From positions 2,005 through 66,004 of the forward strand of contig CAWIEL010000062.1 of the NCBI GenBank assembly GCA_963835025.1: a stretch of DNA of 64,000 nt. The letters are read 5' to 3'. Made by a program: the position numbers and the translations under genes. The notes under the pieces were generated by a model. It was not told where the DNA came from. It was given only the letters and a program-made list of their open reading frames with translations, and did no database searches. Origin of the DNA: an uncultured Acidobacteriota bacterium. Lineage in GTDB: Bacteria > Acidobacteriota > Terriglobia > Acidiferrales > UBA7541. This document shows, piece after piece, positions 21,225 through 29,705 of the stretch; positions within the stretch are counted from its first letter, which is position 1; the number at the start of each line of letters is the position of its first letter.

Positions 21225-21635
21225 TTAGGATTTCGACGGCGCTACCGTCAGCATGCTGGTGACATTGTCCGCACCCACGACCGCAGCCGCCTTCGCTTCG
21301 ATGTTGGCTTTTTCGTCGGTCGAACGCACCGGCCCCTTCAAGGTGACTTTGCCGTCCTGGGTGATGATCTTGATGTTGTGCGAGTAGGTGGAAAGATTTT
21401 TGTCTTTCATGATCGCGCTGCGAATCTGGCGACTGGTTTCACGGTCGGTTGGGTTCATCTTCTGGTGATCGGCGGTCATCGCGCCGGGAGCAGCGTCACC
21501 TTGATTGTTCTTGGTGTTGTCAGGTTGCGGCTGCTGAGATTGAAACGGTAGCGGAGCGGCGACCAGCGCTGCGCCGAAGAGCAGCGACGCGGCCAGCGTC
21601 GATAAGCGCGTAGCAAATGTCTTGCGAATTTTCAT
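21225..21635 (-). CDS. BON domain-containing periplasmic protein (OsmY-like)
   Basis: Signal peptide, then IRSAIMKDKNLSTYSHNIKIITQDGKVTLKGPVRSTDEKANIEAKAAAVVGADNVTSMLTV. Confidence 0.8.
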   Translation of the reverse strand: MKIRKTFATRLSTLAASLLFGAALVAAPLPFQSQQPQPDNTKNNQGDAAPGAMTADHQKMNPTDRETSRQIRSAIMKDKNLSTYSHNIKIITQDGKVTLKGPVRSTDEKANIEAKAAAVVGADNVTSMLTVAPSKS

Positions 21636-21812
21636 GAGGACCCTCTTTGGAAATTAATTTTTAGCGGTTCAGGAACAACTACTGCATCCAAGCCAACTTT
21701 GCAGTAATCGCATGCGACGAAACATCAGGTAAACGGAGTAGTTGGGCTGTAACGTTGCCTTAGCTCACTGGGCCTAAAGGAGTATGCGACGCGGCGGCAA
21801 CTTTAAAGCGCC

Positions 21813-22343
21813 TCAGTGCTCCGGAAGTTTTTGGTCCAGTTCGCGGGCGAGTTCGTGTACGTCGGTGGCCTTGGCAAAATCCTTCACTTCTTTCTTTTCT
21901 TCGGTGACATTCACGCCCAGGTGCTGGCAGATTTTCTGCTGCATCTGGAGCAGGGTGGTGATTTCCTGCTCGGCCAGCATGCTGACCTGCAGATCGAGAT
22001 GAGCGCGTTTTTCGGCCTGACGGCTCATGCGGTTCTGACTGATCAAAACGAATATGGTCAGAAAAACCGCTTCGGAAGAGACCGCGATGGAAAGAATGCC
22101 GAAAGGAAAAGGATCGAACGGTTTAATGGCCGGAACGGCCCCGACATTTATAGCGACCCAAGTGAGGATGAACAGGCCATGGAGAAGCAAAAAGGTGACA
22201 CTGCCCGCGAATTTGGTGACTTCGTCGCCGACGCGCTCCGAAAAGGTGCGGCCGGACAAAGCATCGTGCTCCAGCTTGGCGATGGCTGCGATATTGAATT
22301 CGGTGGGATGTACGCTGGCCGGGAGTTTTCGATTGGGCGCCAT
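21813..22343 (-). CDS. DUF1003 domain-containing membrane protein
   Basis: FAGSVTFLLLHGLFILTWVAIN..FDPFPFGILSIAVSSEAVFLTIFVLISQNR..EKRAHLDLQVSMLAEQEIT matches the DUF1003 pattern as I recall it. Confidence 0.75.
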   Translation of the reverse strand: MAPNRKLPASVHPTEFNIAAIAKLEHDALSGRTFSERVGDEVTKFAGSVTFLLLHGLFILTWVAINVGAVPAIKPFDPFPFGILSIAVSSEAVFLTIFVLISQNRMSRQAEKRAHLDLQVSMLAEQEITTLLQMQQKICQHLGVNVTEEKKEVKDFAKATDVHELARELDQKLPEH

Positions 22344-22366
22344 AAGGAAGGCCTGAAGACCGGGGC

Positions 22367-23560
22367 TCAGGTGCGGGTGACGACCAGACAGGTGATGTCG
22401 TCGTGCTGGTCGGCGGGGCCGACGAAATCGTCGAGGTTTTTCATAATGCCGGCCAGCGTGGTAGAAGCACGTTCCTCGGTGCGCAACTGCAGCAGGGAGA
22501 GCAGGCGCGATTCGCCAAATTGCTCGCCGCGTTCGTTAAGAGCCTCGGTTACGCCATCGGTGTAGATGACCAGCAATTCGTTGGGCTGCAGAACTGTAAT
22601 ACCGGCCTTATATTTTTCGTTCAGTTCGATTCCCAGCGGTATGCTTTCGGATTTCAGGCGTTCGACGGTGCCATCCAGCCGCAAGAGCACCGGCGGATTG
22701 TGTCCGGCAGAAAGATACGAAAGCTGGCCCGACGCCGGGTCTAGTTCGGCGAGGAAAGCGGTCGTAAATCTGCGGCCATTCAAATTGTTACCGCAAGCCA
22801 GCCGATTGAGATCGGTGACGAGTTCCGACAGCGAACTGCGCGCACCAGCCAAAGCGCGCAGACTGGCCTGGAAATTGGCCATGAGCATCGCCGCCGGAAC
22901 GCTTTTCCCCGAGACGTCAGCGACGGCAATCAGCAGCGGGCCATCGCCGGGGCGGCGGAAGGCGTCGTAATAATCGCCGGCAACGGTATTGGCGGGGCGG
23001 GTAGCGAAAGCCATGTCCACACCCGGAACGTCGGGCGGCACGCGCGGAACCAGCCAGCGTTGGATCTCGCGGGCGATTTCGATATCCCGCTTCATACTGA
23101 CGTGGTCGCCCAGGACCATGATCACCAGAATTAGCATGCCGACGAAGGCGAGCAGCAACTCAACTTCGCGGGTGATGAAGAGGAACGAAACGCCAATGAT
23201 CGACAGCACGGCCAGGATCAAATTGATCAGCAGAAAAACGCGACGGGGCGGCGAAAGCTTGCTGAGAATTCCGGTGAACAGGTATCCGAAAATCTTGAAA
23301 GGCTGCTTCCAGGATTTCTGGGCTTGCACCGCGTGCCAGTCGACATCCTGCTGGTAGAGCCGCGAGCTGGCGTGAGCTTCGGACTTGAACTGGGTCCAAA
23401 GATCGTGAATCTCCATGCCGGCGGTGAGCTTGCGCCAACCTTCTTTCGACTTCCAAACCGACCGACGAACGCGAGTCCTAAGTTTGGAGCCGAAAATCCG
23501 GAGCTTCATCCAATAGGCTTGAAACGTGCCGGGTGTGACCGCCGCGCTGGTAGAGTTCAC
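22367..23560 (-). CDS. Membrane-anchored PP2C-family (SpoIIE/RsbU-like) serine phosphatase
   Basis: Two TM helices, then AGDYYDAF, IAVADVSGKSVPAAMLMA, FTTAFLAELD, SAGHNPP, IYTDGVTEA and DDITCLVV. Confidence 0.85.
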   Translation of the reverse strand: MNSTSAAVTPGTFQAYWMKLRIFGSKLRTRVRRSVWKSKEGWRKLTAGMEIHDLWTQFKSEAHASSRLYQQDVDWHAVQAQKSWKQPFKIFGYLFTGILSKLSPPRRVFLLINLILAVLSIIGVSFLFITREVELLLAFVGMLILVIMVLGDHVSMKRDIEIAREIQRWLVPRVPPDVPGVDMAFATRPANTVAGDYYDAFRRPGDGPLLIAVADVSGKSVPAAMLMANFQASLRALAGARSSLSELVTDLNRLACGNNLNGRRFTTAFLAELDPASGQLSYLSAGHNPPVLLRLDGTVERLKSESIPLGIELNEKYKAGITVLQPNELLVIYTDGVTEALNERGEQFGESRLLSLLQLRTEERASTTLAGIMKNLDDFVGPADQHDDITCLVVTRT

Positions 23561-23892
23561 GCCTCAGCATACGCAGCGCGACCGCAAGAGTGGATACACG
23601 GATGGCGGTATTTCAACGCAGGAAGGCCGTATGTAACATTGCGATGTTCGCCTGCGAGAATTCCGGGAATTTCGGGGCCGGTCGATGATAAAGTAGAACT
23701 TACAAGGACTGCGGAAAAAATCTTATAAGCCGCACGACAGATATTCGCTATAGGTCTTTGTATCAGCAAGTTAGGGCTCCCACAATTTGGCAACCAACGT
23801 GCCCTTGGTGTATGCAGTTGCATTACGGAACTAAGTGGCGAGCTGCATTCGAGCGCGCCAGAAAAATTTAAGCAGGTAACGGAGACCCAGCC

Positions 23893-25749
23893 GTGAGTAC
23901 GAAAGCGTTCCCCAAAACTGAAGTCGTGAGCCAAGACCCCGACATCCCTTCCCCTAGATGGCGCGAGCGTCTGCAGGCGCTCAAAAACGTTCCCCCGGTA
24001 ATGAAGTTCGTATGGGAAGCAGCGCCGGCGATCGTGGTCGGCGATTTGGCTTCCCGCGTGGCGGCTGCACTGGTTCCGCTGTGCGCCCTGATCATCACCC
24101 GGCATATCATCGATAACATCGTCGCGCTGCGCTCGAGCGGCACTCCGCTGCCGCCTGTTTTCTGGTGGCTGGTAGCGGGCGAATTCGCGCTGGCTGCTTT
24201 CGCGGCCATTCTGATGCGCATCGTAGATTTTTGCGACACGGCGCTGGCCGAGCGGTTCATGCGGCACATCAGCGTGCGGTTGATGAAGCACGCGGCCAAC
24301 CTGGATTTGATGTCGTACGAAGATCCGGTTTTCTACGACAAGCTGGAACGCGCTCGGGTGCAGAGCACTGACCGCGTGCAGATGATTAAGATCGGCGGAC
24401 GGCTGGTGCAGGAAGTAGTCACCACGATCAGCTTGGCGGCGGGAATTTTGTTCTACGCGCCCTGGCTGCTGCTGGCGCTCGTGGTTTGCGTGGTTCCGGC
24501 TTTCCTCGGCGAAACGCATTTCGCCTTCCTCGGCTACTCGATGAGCTTTCAGCAGACCCCGGCCCGTCGCGAACTCGATTATTTGCGGATGGTGGGTGGC
24601 ACCAAAGAAGGCGCGAAGGAAGTGAAGCTCTTCGGCTTGGCGCCGTTCCTGGTGAATCGTTACTCGGAAGTGGCGACCGAACTTTGCGACCAGACTTTGC
24701 GCGTCGCGCGCCGCAAGCTTTCGGTGGGATCGTTGCTGGCTTTGCTGGGCGTGGCCGGCTACTACGGGACCTACGCGTTCGTGATTCTACAGACCGTGCG
24801 CGGCGCTCTTACTTTGGGCCAGATGACGTTGTTGGCCGGAGCCATTGCTGGCGCCAGCACCAATATTCAGGCGGTGTTCACTACCTTCTCGGAAATCGCG
24901 AACCAGGCGCTGTTCATGACCGACTTGCTGCTGTTCTTCTCGGTTAAGCCGAAAATTTCGTCGGCGGCCAATGCGCTGCATGTCCCCAAGAAAATCCAGC
25001 AAGGTTTCGAGTTCAAGAACGTTTCGTTCTCGTACCCGGGCAGTTCGCGCCAGGTATTGAAGAACGTCAGCTTCAAACTCGGCACCGGCGAACGCATCGC
25101 GATCGTCGGCGAGAATGGACAGGGTAAAACCACCATCGTCAAATTGTTGACGCGCTTGTATGAGCCAACCGAAGGGCAAATCCTGTTGGACGGCAAAGAT
25201 CTCCGAGAGTACGACCTGGAAAGCTTGTGGTCGCAAATCGGCGTCATCTTTCAGGACTTCATGCGCTATGAAATGACCGCTTCGGCGAACATCGCCGTGG
25301 GCCGCATCGAAGAAATCAAAAATCAATTCTTGATTCGCAACGCGGCGAACAAGAGCCTGGCCGAGCATGCGATTCGCAAGCTGCCGCAAGGCTTCGATCA
25401 GGTGCTGGGTTCGCGGTTCGAAGGTGCGGTGGATCTCTCCGGCGGCGAATGGCAGAAGATCGCGATCGCGCGCGCTTACCTGCGCGACGCGCAGCTGCTG
25501 ATCCTCGACGAGCCGACGGCGGCGCTCGACGCGCGTTCCGAACACGAAGTCTTTCAACGCTTCTCCGAACTGACCACTGGCAAAATGTCCGTGCTAATTT
25601 CGCACCGCTTCTCGACGGTGAAGATGGCGGATCGCATTTTGGTCTTGAAGGGCGGAGAAATTGCGGAACAGGGCAAGCACGAGCAACTGTTGAAGGTCGG
25701 CGGGGCCTACGCGGAAATGTTCGAACTGCAGGCGGCCAGCTACCGCTGA
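23893..25749 (+). CDS. ABC exporter, fused permease/ATPase (MsbA/ChvA-NdvA type)
   Basis: 618 aa. A six-TM exporter domain is followed by GENGQGKTT, LSGGEWQKIAIARAY and LLILDEPTAALD. GTG start. Confidence 0.9.
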   Translation: MSTKAFPKTEVVSQDPDIPSPRWRERLQALKNVPPVMKFVWEAAPAIVVGDLASRVAAALVPLCALIITRHIIDNIVALRSSGTPLPPVFWWLVAGEFALAAFAAILMRIVDFCDTALAERFMRHISVRLMKHAANLDLMSYEDPVFYDKLERARVQSTDRVQMIKIGGRLVQEVVTTISLAAGILFYAPWLLLALVVCVVPAFLGETHFAFLGYSMSFQQTPARRELDYLRMVGGTKEGAKEVKLFGLAPFLVNRYSEVATELCDQTLRVARRKLSVGSLLALLGVAGYYGTYAFVILQTVRGALTLGQMTLLAGAIAGASTNIQAVFTTFSEIANQALFMTDLLLFFSVKPKISSAANALHVPKKIQQGFEFKNVSFSYPGSSRQVLKNVSFKLGTGERIAIVGENGQGKTTIVKLLTRLYEPTEGQILLDGKDLREYDLESLWSQIGVIFQDFMRYEMTASANIAVGRIEEIKNQFLIRNAANKSLAEHAIRKLPQGFDQVLGSRFEGAVDLSGGEWQKIAIARAYLRDAQLLILDEPTAALDARSEHEVFQRFSELTTGKMSVLISHRFSTVKMADRILVLKGGEIAEQGKHEQLLKVGGAYAEMFELQAASYR

Positions 25750-25796
25750 TTCGCCTTTGCAGCGGCACCGAAACCTCAACACAGAAAGTTTGAAAC

Positions 25797-27182
25797 CTAG
25801 ACCAGCTCCTGCGGTGGCAGGGGCTGGTACGGTTTGAATCCCGCCCGCGTCATCCCCCGCTGTGCTTCCGGATTTTTCATGAAGGTATTCCAGACGAACC
25901 CTGTGCGCGCATTTTCCGCCATCACTAGAATGATGCCGACGTCGATGCCGACCACGTCGCTGTCGTACCAGTTCGTCACCGGATTGAAGGCGTCGACGAA
26001 GCCGTAGCGGCTCCACGTGCCCGCGCCATAGCGGTTGTAGATATTGCGCAGCACGCGCATGGCAGGCCCCGGCAGAAACGGCAGCGAGCCTCCGGTGGCG
26101 CAAGGCACCACGGTGCCGTCGATGGGACCGGTCGAAGGCGGGCCGCCCCACACCACGTAGCCTTTGGCTGAATCTGACGCGGTAATTCCCCACAGGTCGT
26201 TGCTATAGGTCGGAAAACGGTCGGAGAGGCTGAGGCAGAAGCGGCGGTGGATGTCCGTGGCCACGATCGAATTCGAAAAGTAGTCCGCGTACTTGTCGCG
26301 CTTGCCACGAAAATCGAACCAGGCCTGTGAATATTGATGCACGAAGAGCGGCGCGTTGGAGCCGATGAATTTAATGCCATCGTATTCGAAATCGGTGCGC
26401 TTCCAGGCGTCCCAGGTGGTGGCGGGCAACGGATGCGAGAGCGAGCCGAGGCCCATCAGATACATCATCATCATTTCGCTATAGCTATCCCAGCGGTACT
26501 GCAGGAAGCCCGATTCCGGAGTCCAGCCGTGAGGCAGAATGCGGGTATCTTCGGAGAGCCATTTCCAATCGACGCGGTTGAAAATTTCATGGGCCAGCTG
26601 GCTGATTTCAGAATGCTCGAAATGCGCCCGGCAGGTCAGGATGCCGCAGAGCAGCAGGGCGGTATCGACGGAAGAGAACTCAGACTGCCAGAGGCGCTCG
26701 CCGGTGCTGATGTTGGCCCAGTGATAGAAAAATCCATGCTCGTTAGGCAAAGTCTTCCAAAGAAAACGAAGCGTGGCGATGACCCGTTCGCGCGCGAGAG
26801 CGGCGGTGATGAAGCCGCGCTTCTCTCCTATGCACAGCGCGGTAAGCCCGAAGCCAGTGGCTGCCGTGCTACCCAGCACACCTGCTCCGGCGGTGCGGAC
26901 GTTGCAGCGGTCGCGCACCATCCCGGTCTTAGGGTCGGCCTGATCCCAAAAGTATTGAAAACTGGCCTTTTCAAGATCCTCGAGGAAGGCGTTATCGCGT
27001 TCGGTAAGGTAAGTGGGCGGTGGCAGCTCAGGCTTCGGCGGCGCGATAATCTGCGGCGCAGTTGGATCAAGCGAGCTGAGCCGCGAACCGACCAGCGGCA
27101 GCGCGCAGAGCGAAGCTCCGGCGAACTGCTGCATCAGTTGGCGGCGCGAGAATGTGCCGGGCCTGGGATTCTTCGTACGCAC
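25797..27182 (-). CDS. Glucoamylase-family (PF10091) protein, probable GH144-like endo-beta-1,2-glucanase
   Basis: Tat-type leader (SRRQLMQQFAGASLCALPL). The family assignment is by recall, from blocks FQYFWDQADPKTGMVRDR, STAATGFGLTAL, GFFYHWANISTG, SSVDTALLLCG, LFVHQYSQAWFDFRGKRD, WGITASDS and YGFVDAFNP. Confidence 0.65.
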   Translation of the reverse strand: MRTKNPRPGTFSRRQLMQQFAGASLCALPLVGSRLSSLDPTAPQIIAPPKPELPPPTYLTERDNAFLEDLEKASFQYFWDQADPKTGMVRDRCNVRTAGAGVLGSTAATGFGLTALCIGEKRGFITAALARERVIATLRFLWKTLPNEHGFFYHWANISTGERLWQSEFSSVDTALLLCGILTCRAHFEHSEISQLAHEIFNRVDWKWLSEDTRILPHGWTPESGFLQYRWDSYSEMMMMYLMGLGSLSHPLPATTWDAWKRTDFEYDGIKFIGSNAPLFVHQYSQAWFDFRGKRDKYADYFSNSIVATDIHRRFCLSLSDRFPTYSNDLWGITASDSAKGYVVWGGPPSTGPIDGTVVPCATGGSLPFLPGPAMRVLRNIYNRYGAGTWSRYGFVDAFNPVTNWYDSDVVGIDVGIILVMAENARTGFVWNTFMKNPEAQRGMTRAGFKPYQPLPPQELV

Positions 27183-27350
27183 TCAACAATGTTAGACGAA
27201 CGAGAGTGCGATTTAAACTATTCAGGACGACGAAGCGATTTTCAGTTAATGGGGTGACGAGGGCGAGAGAGCCCACGCGCCGAGGACAGCGCGAGCGAAC
27301 ACCGTCTGGCAAGAAATCAGGCGTTTCCAAATTTTTAAAAGGAAGGTAGG

Positions 27351-27389
27351 AGGGGCCGTCCGTTCATGGGGGAGACTAGAACGGCCCCT
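27351..27389 (-). terminator. Terminator candidate downstream of the response-regulator pair
   Basis: aggggccgt (27351-27359) pairs with acggcccct (27381-27389). On the minus strand the hairpin is followed by a T-rich tract. The loop is long (21 nt), so support is weak to moderate. Confidence 0.4.
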
Positions 27390-27573
27390 TCTGGGGGTGA
27401 AAAATCGAGGAAGAAATTGCGTGTAACAACGGGGTAATAAGAATCATCGAGAAGCAGAGTACGAAAAACCGGGCAGGCGGGCCATACGGCAGTAAACGTA
27501 ATTGACGTCGGGAAATTCCTGTATGAGGGACGGTAGCAAGGTGCAAGCAAACAGTCACGATACGTTCACAAAC

Positions 27574-27978
27574 TCAATTCGCCTGAGTGAAGAACGTCTC
27601 GGCCTGTCCCACGTGTTCGACAGCCATGATCAGCAGGCGATTGGACTCGGACTTCAGCACCAAACCCCCCGCGCCTGCGCTACGGGCCAGGCGAACTAAC
27701 TCCGGAACATCGTGCAGGGTAAGAATGAGTATGCGGGACGACGGAAACTGCTGGCGAATTCGGCGGGTCGCTTCCAAACCGTTCAGGTTGGGCATCATCA
27801 TGTCCATGACCACCACGTCCGGCTGCAACTCGGCCATTTGGGAGACGGCGTCCAAACCATCGACTGCTTCGCCACACACCGTCCAACCTTGATGCGATTC
27901 GAGCAGAGATTTCACCGCTCGACGCATGTACGGTTGGTCATCGGCGATTAGAATTCGAAGCTCTTGCTGGTGAGGCAT
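27574..27978 (-). CDS. Stand-alone receiver-domain response regulator (NarL-type receiver, no output domain)
   Basis: ILIADDQPYMRRAVKSLLE..DVVVMDMMMPNLNGLEATRRIR..ILILTLH. The alternative upstream start (28086) would add a 36-aa K/R/S/P-rich tail and overlap the preceding gene by 32 nt. Confidence 0.8.
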   Translation of the reverse strand: MPHQQELRILIADDQPYMRRAVKSLLESHQGWTVCGEAVDGLDAVSQMAELQPDVVVMDMMMPNLNGLEATRRIRQQFPSSRILILTLHDVPELVRLARSAGAGGLVLKSESNRLLIMAVEHVGQAETFFTQAN

Positions 27979-28054
27979 ATGATCCTTCGGCGGCGATTTG
28001 GGGCGCCGCCGGGATGACGAAACCCTGGCGTGCTTTGCTCCCGGTTTCGAAGCC

Positions 28055-28714
28055 CTAGGCTTCGATGATTTTGTTGCGGATGGCATAACGCACGACTTCG
28101 CTGACGCAATGGCAATCGAGCTTGCGCATGATGTTGGCGCGGTGAGTCTCCGCGGTTTTTACGCTTAGACCGAGTGCGACCGCGACTTCTTTGCTGCTCT
28201 TCCCTTCCGCCAGCAGCTGCACGATCTCACGTTGCCGCGCGGTCAGCCGGCCGGCTTTGGGCTGCGTATCAGAAACGGACCGCGGGTCGCCTTTCAGGAA
28301 ACCGTCGAGAATCATTTGGGCTACGCGCGAAGTGAAAAAAGTCTTGTTGCGGCGCAGGGCCTCGATCGCCGCCAGCAAATCGCGGCCGGCGTCGGTCTTC
28401 AAAATGTAGCCGCGCGCCCCGGCATCCAGGACTTCGCGAATGAGTGGATCGGATTCGTGCATGGTCAGAATCAGTACTTTCGTTTGCGGACGCATTTTGA
28501 GAATTTGCCGGGTAGCTTCTAGACCGTTCAGCGAAGGCATGGAGAGATCCATGACCACCACGTCCGGGGTGAGATCTTTGGCCATGCTGACGGCATTGCG
28601 CCCGTCCGCAGCCTCTCCGACTACCTGACATTCCTTTTGCCCATCTAGAATCGAACGCAAACCTTTACGAACGATTTCGTGGTCGTCTGCGATTAGCACC
28701 CGCATCGTAGTCAT
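28055..28714 (-). CDS. NarL/LuxR-family response regulator (receiver + HTH)
   Basis: VLIADDHEIVRKGLRSIL, DVVVMDLSMPSLNGLEATRQI and a C-terminal LTARQREIVQLLAEGKSSKEVAVALGLSVKTAETHRANIMRKL. Confidence 0.9.
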   Translation of the reverse strand: MTTMRVLIADDHEIVRKGLRSILDGQKECQVVGEAADGRNAVSMAKDLTPDVVVMDLSMPSLNGLEATRQILKMRPQTKVLILTMHESDPLIREVLDAGARGYILKTDAGRDLLAAIEALRRNKTFFTSRVAQMILDGFLKGDPRSVSDTQPKAGRLTARQREIVQLLAEGKSSKEVAVALGLSVKTAETHRANIMRKLDCHCVSEVVRYAIRNKIIEA

Positions 28715-29139
28715 TTATGATTCCCCCAAGGTTGCGAAGCGCGTTTCGAACTTGCGGCTGCGGCTATAAGGACCAAGCTGACGGTGAAACACTGAACATG
28801 AATGAGGTCCGAACTGAGGCTTTCCCGTCTCAGCCAGTATTGGCTTTCTGGCGGAAGCCACAATACAAGAATCGCTGTACTCAACTGGCAAACGAGCTTG
28901 AGGGTAGCGAGGAAGACGCTGCGAACGCTAATTGGGCAGGCGATTTCCTCTGGAGTCTTTCGGAGCTTGGCCTCACTGCGAGTGGGTGCGGTCAGTGCCG
29001 CTACAGCAATTGGTGTTCGCGCCTAGGTGCAAATCCGTATGGTTGAAAGTTGGGGCTCCGGCTAAAGTTTCGCCTCAGTAACGGTCGCTTTCGCGCCACA
29101 ACCGTTGCAGAGGTTCACATCAGACTTTCGGAGGAACAC

Positions 29140-29304
29140 ATGTTGCGTTGGGCACTGATTTTTTTCGTGGTCGCGCTGGTCGCGGGAATTATGGGATTCT
29201 TCGGCATTGCGGTCGCCGCAGCGGGAATCGCCAAGATTTTGTTCTTCGTGTTTTTAGTTTTGTTTCTGGTCTCGCTGGTGTCCGGCTTGATGAGTCGCGC
29301 CTAA
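29140..29304 (+). CDS. DUF1328 (YtjA-like) small membrane protein
   Basis: [54 protein letters not shown]. This is the typical UPF0391 sequence pattern. Confidence 0.7.
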   Translation: MLRWALIFFVVALVAGIMGFFGIAVAAAGIAKILFFVFLVLFLVSLVSGLMSRA

Positions 29305-29357
29305 GCGCAGGAAGTGCCGCGCCGGGTTAGCCGAGCGACGGGAACGCAGGAGCTACT

Positions 29358-29582
29358 ATGAAAGGCTTGTCGGTAATCGGCGTCATTTTGATCGTGCTGG
29401 CGATTATTTCGTTCGCCTATCAAGGCATCACCTACACTACGCACAAGAAAGTAATCGACCTGGGGCCGATTCAAGCGACTGCGGAGCAGCATAAGACAAT
29501 TCCCCTGCCTCCATTGTTTGGCGGCTTGGCTCTAGTCGGCGGGATCGTGCTGCTGGTGGCGGGAAGCAAAGCGACTTCGTAG
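29358..29582 (+). CDS. Small two-TM membrane protein, unassigned
   Basis: 74 aa with two hydrophobic helices (VIGVILIVLAIISFAY; LFGGLALVGGIVLLVAG). A terminator hairpin follows. Confidence 0.5.
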   Translation: MKGLSVIGVILIVLAIISFAYQGITYTTHKKVIDLGPIQATAEQHKTIPLPPLFGGLALVGGIVLLVAGSKATS

Positions 29583-29608
29583 TTCGTTCCTCCTATCGTA
29601 CCGCGCCT

Positions 29609-29660
29609 GGTTCCGGAGCATTGATGCGTTCAGGTGCGCTCCGGAACCGGGTCTTTTCTT
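29609..29660 (+). terminator. Rho-independent terminator candidate
   Basis: 11-bp stem: ggttccggagc (29609-29619) pairs with gctccggaacc (29638-29648). It is followed by gggtcttttctt. Confidence 0.55.
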
Positions 29661-29705
29661 GTGCGCTCTGCCCCACACGAACTTCCTACCTCGAATGATT
29701 CCTTG

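Noticed and set aside
23788-23804. Sigma-54-like motif TTGGCAACCAACGTGCC upstream of the ABC exporter
   Set aside because: GG and GC are correctly spaced, but both hexamer cores deviate (TGGCAA, GTGCC). Such matches are expected by chance in 64 kb of GC-rich DNA, so this is too weak to report as a feature.
28715-29139. 109-aa ORF (28717-29046) in the 425-bp gap upstream of the response-regulator pair
   Set aside because: It has no motif, odd composition and no ribosome-binding site. The region is more likely the promoter and leader region of the divergent genes.
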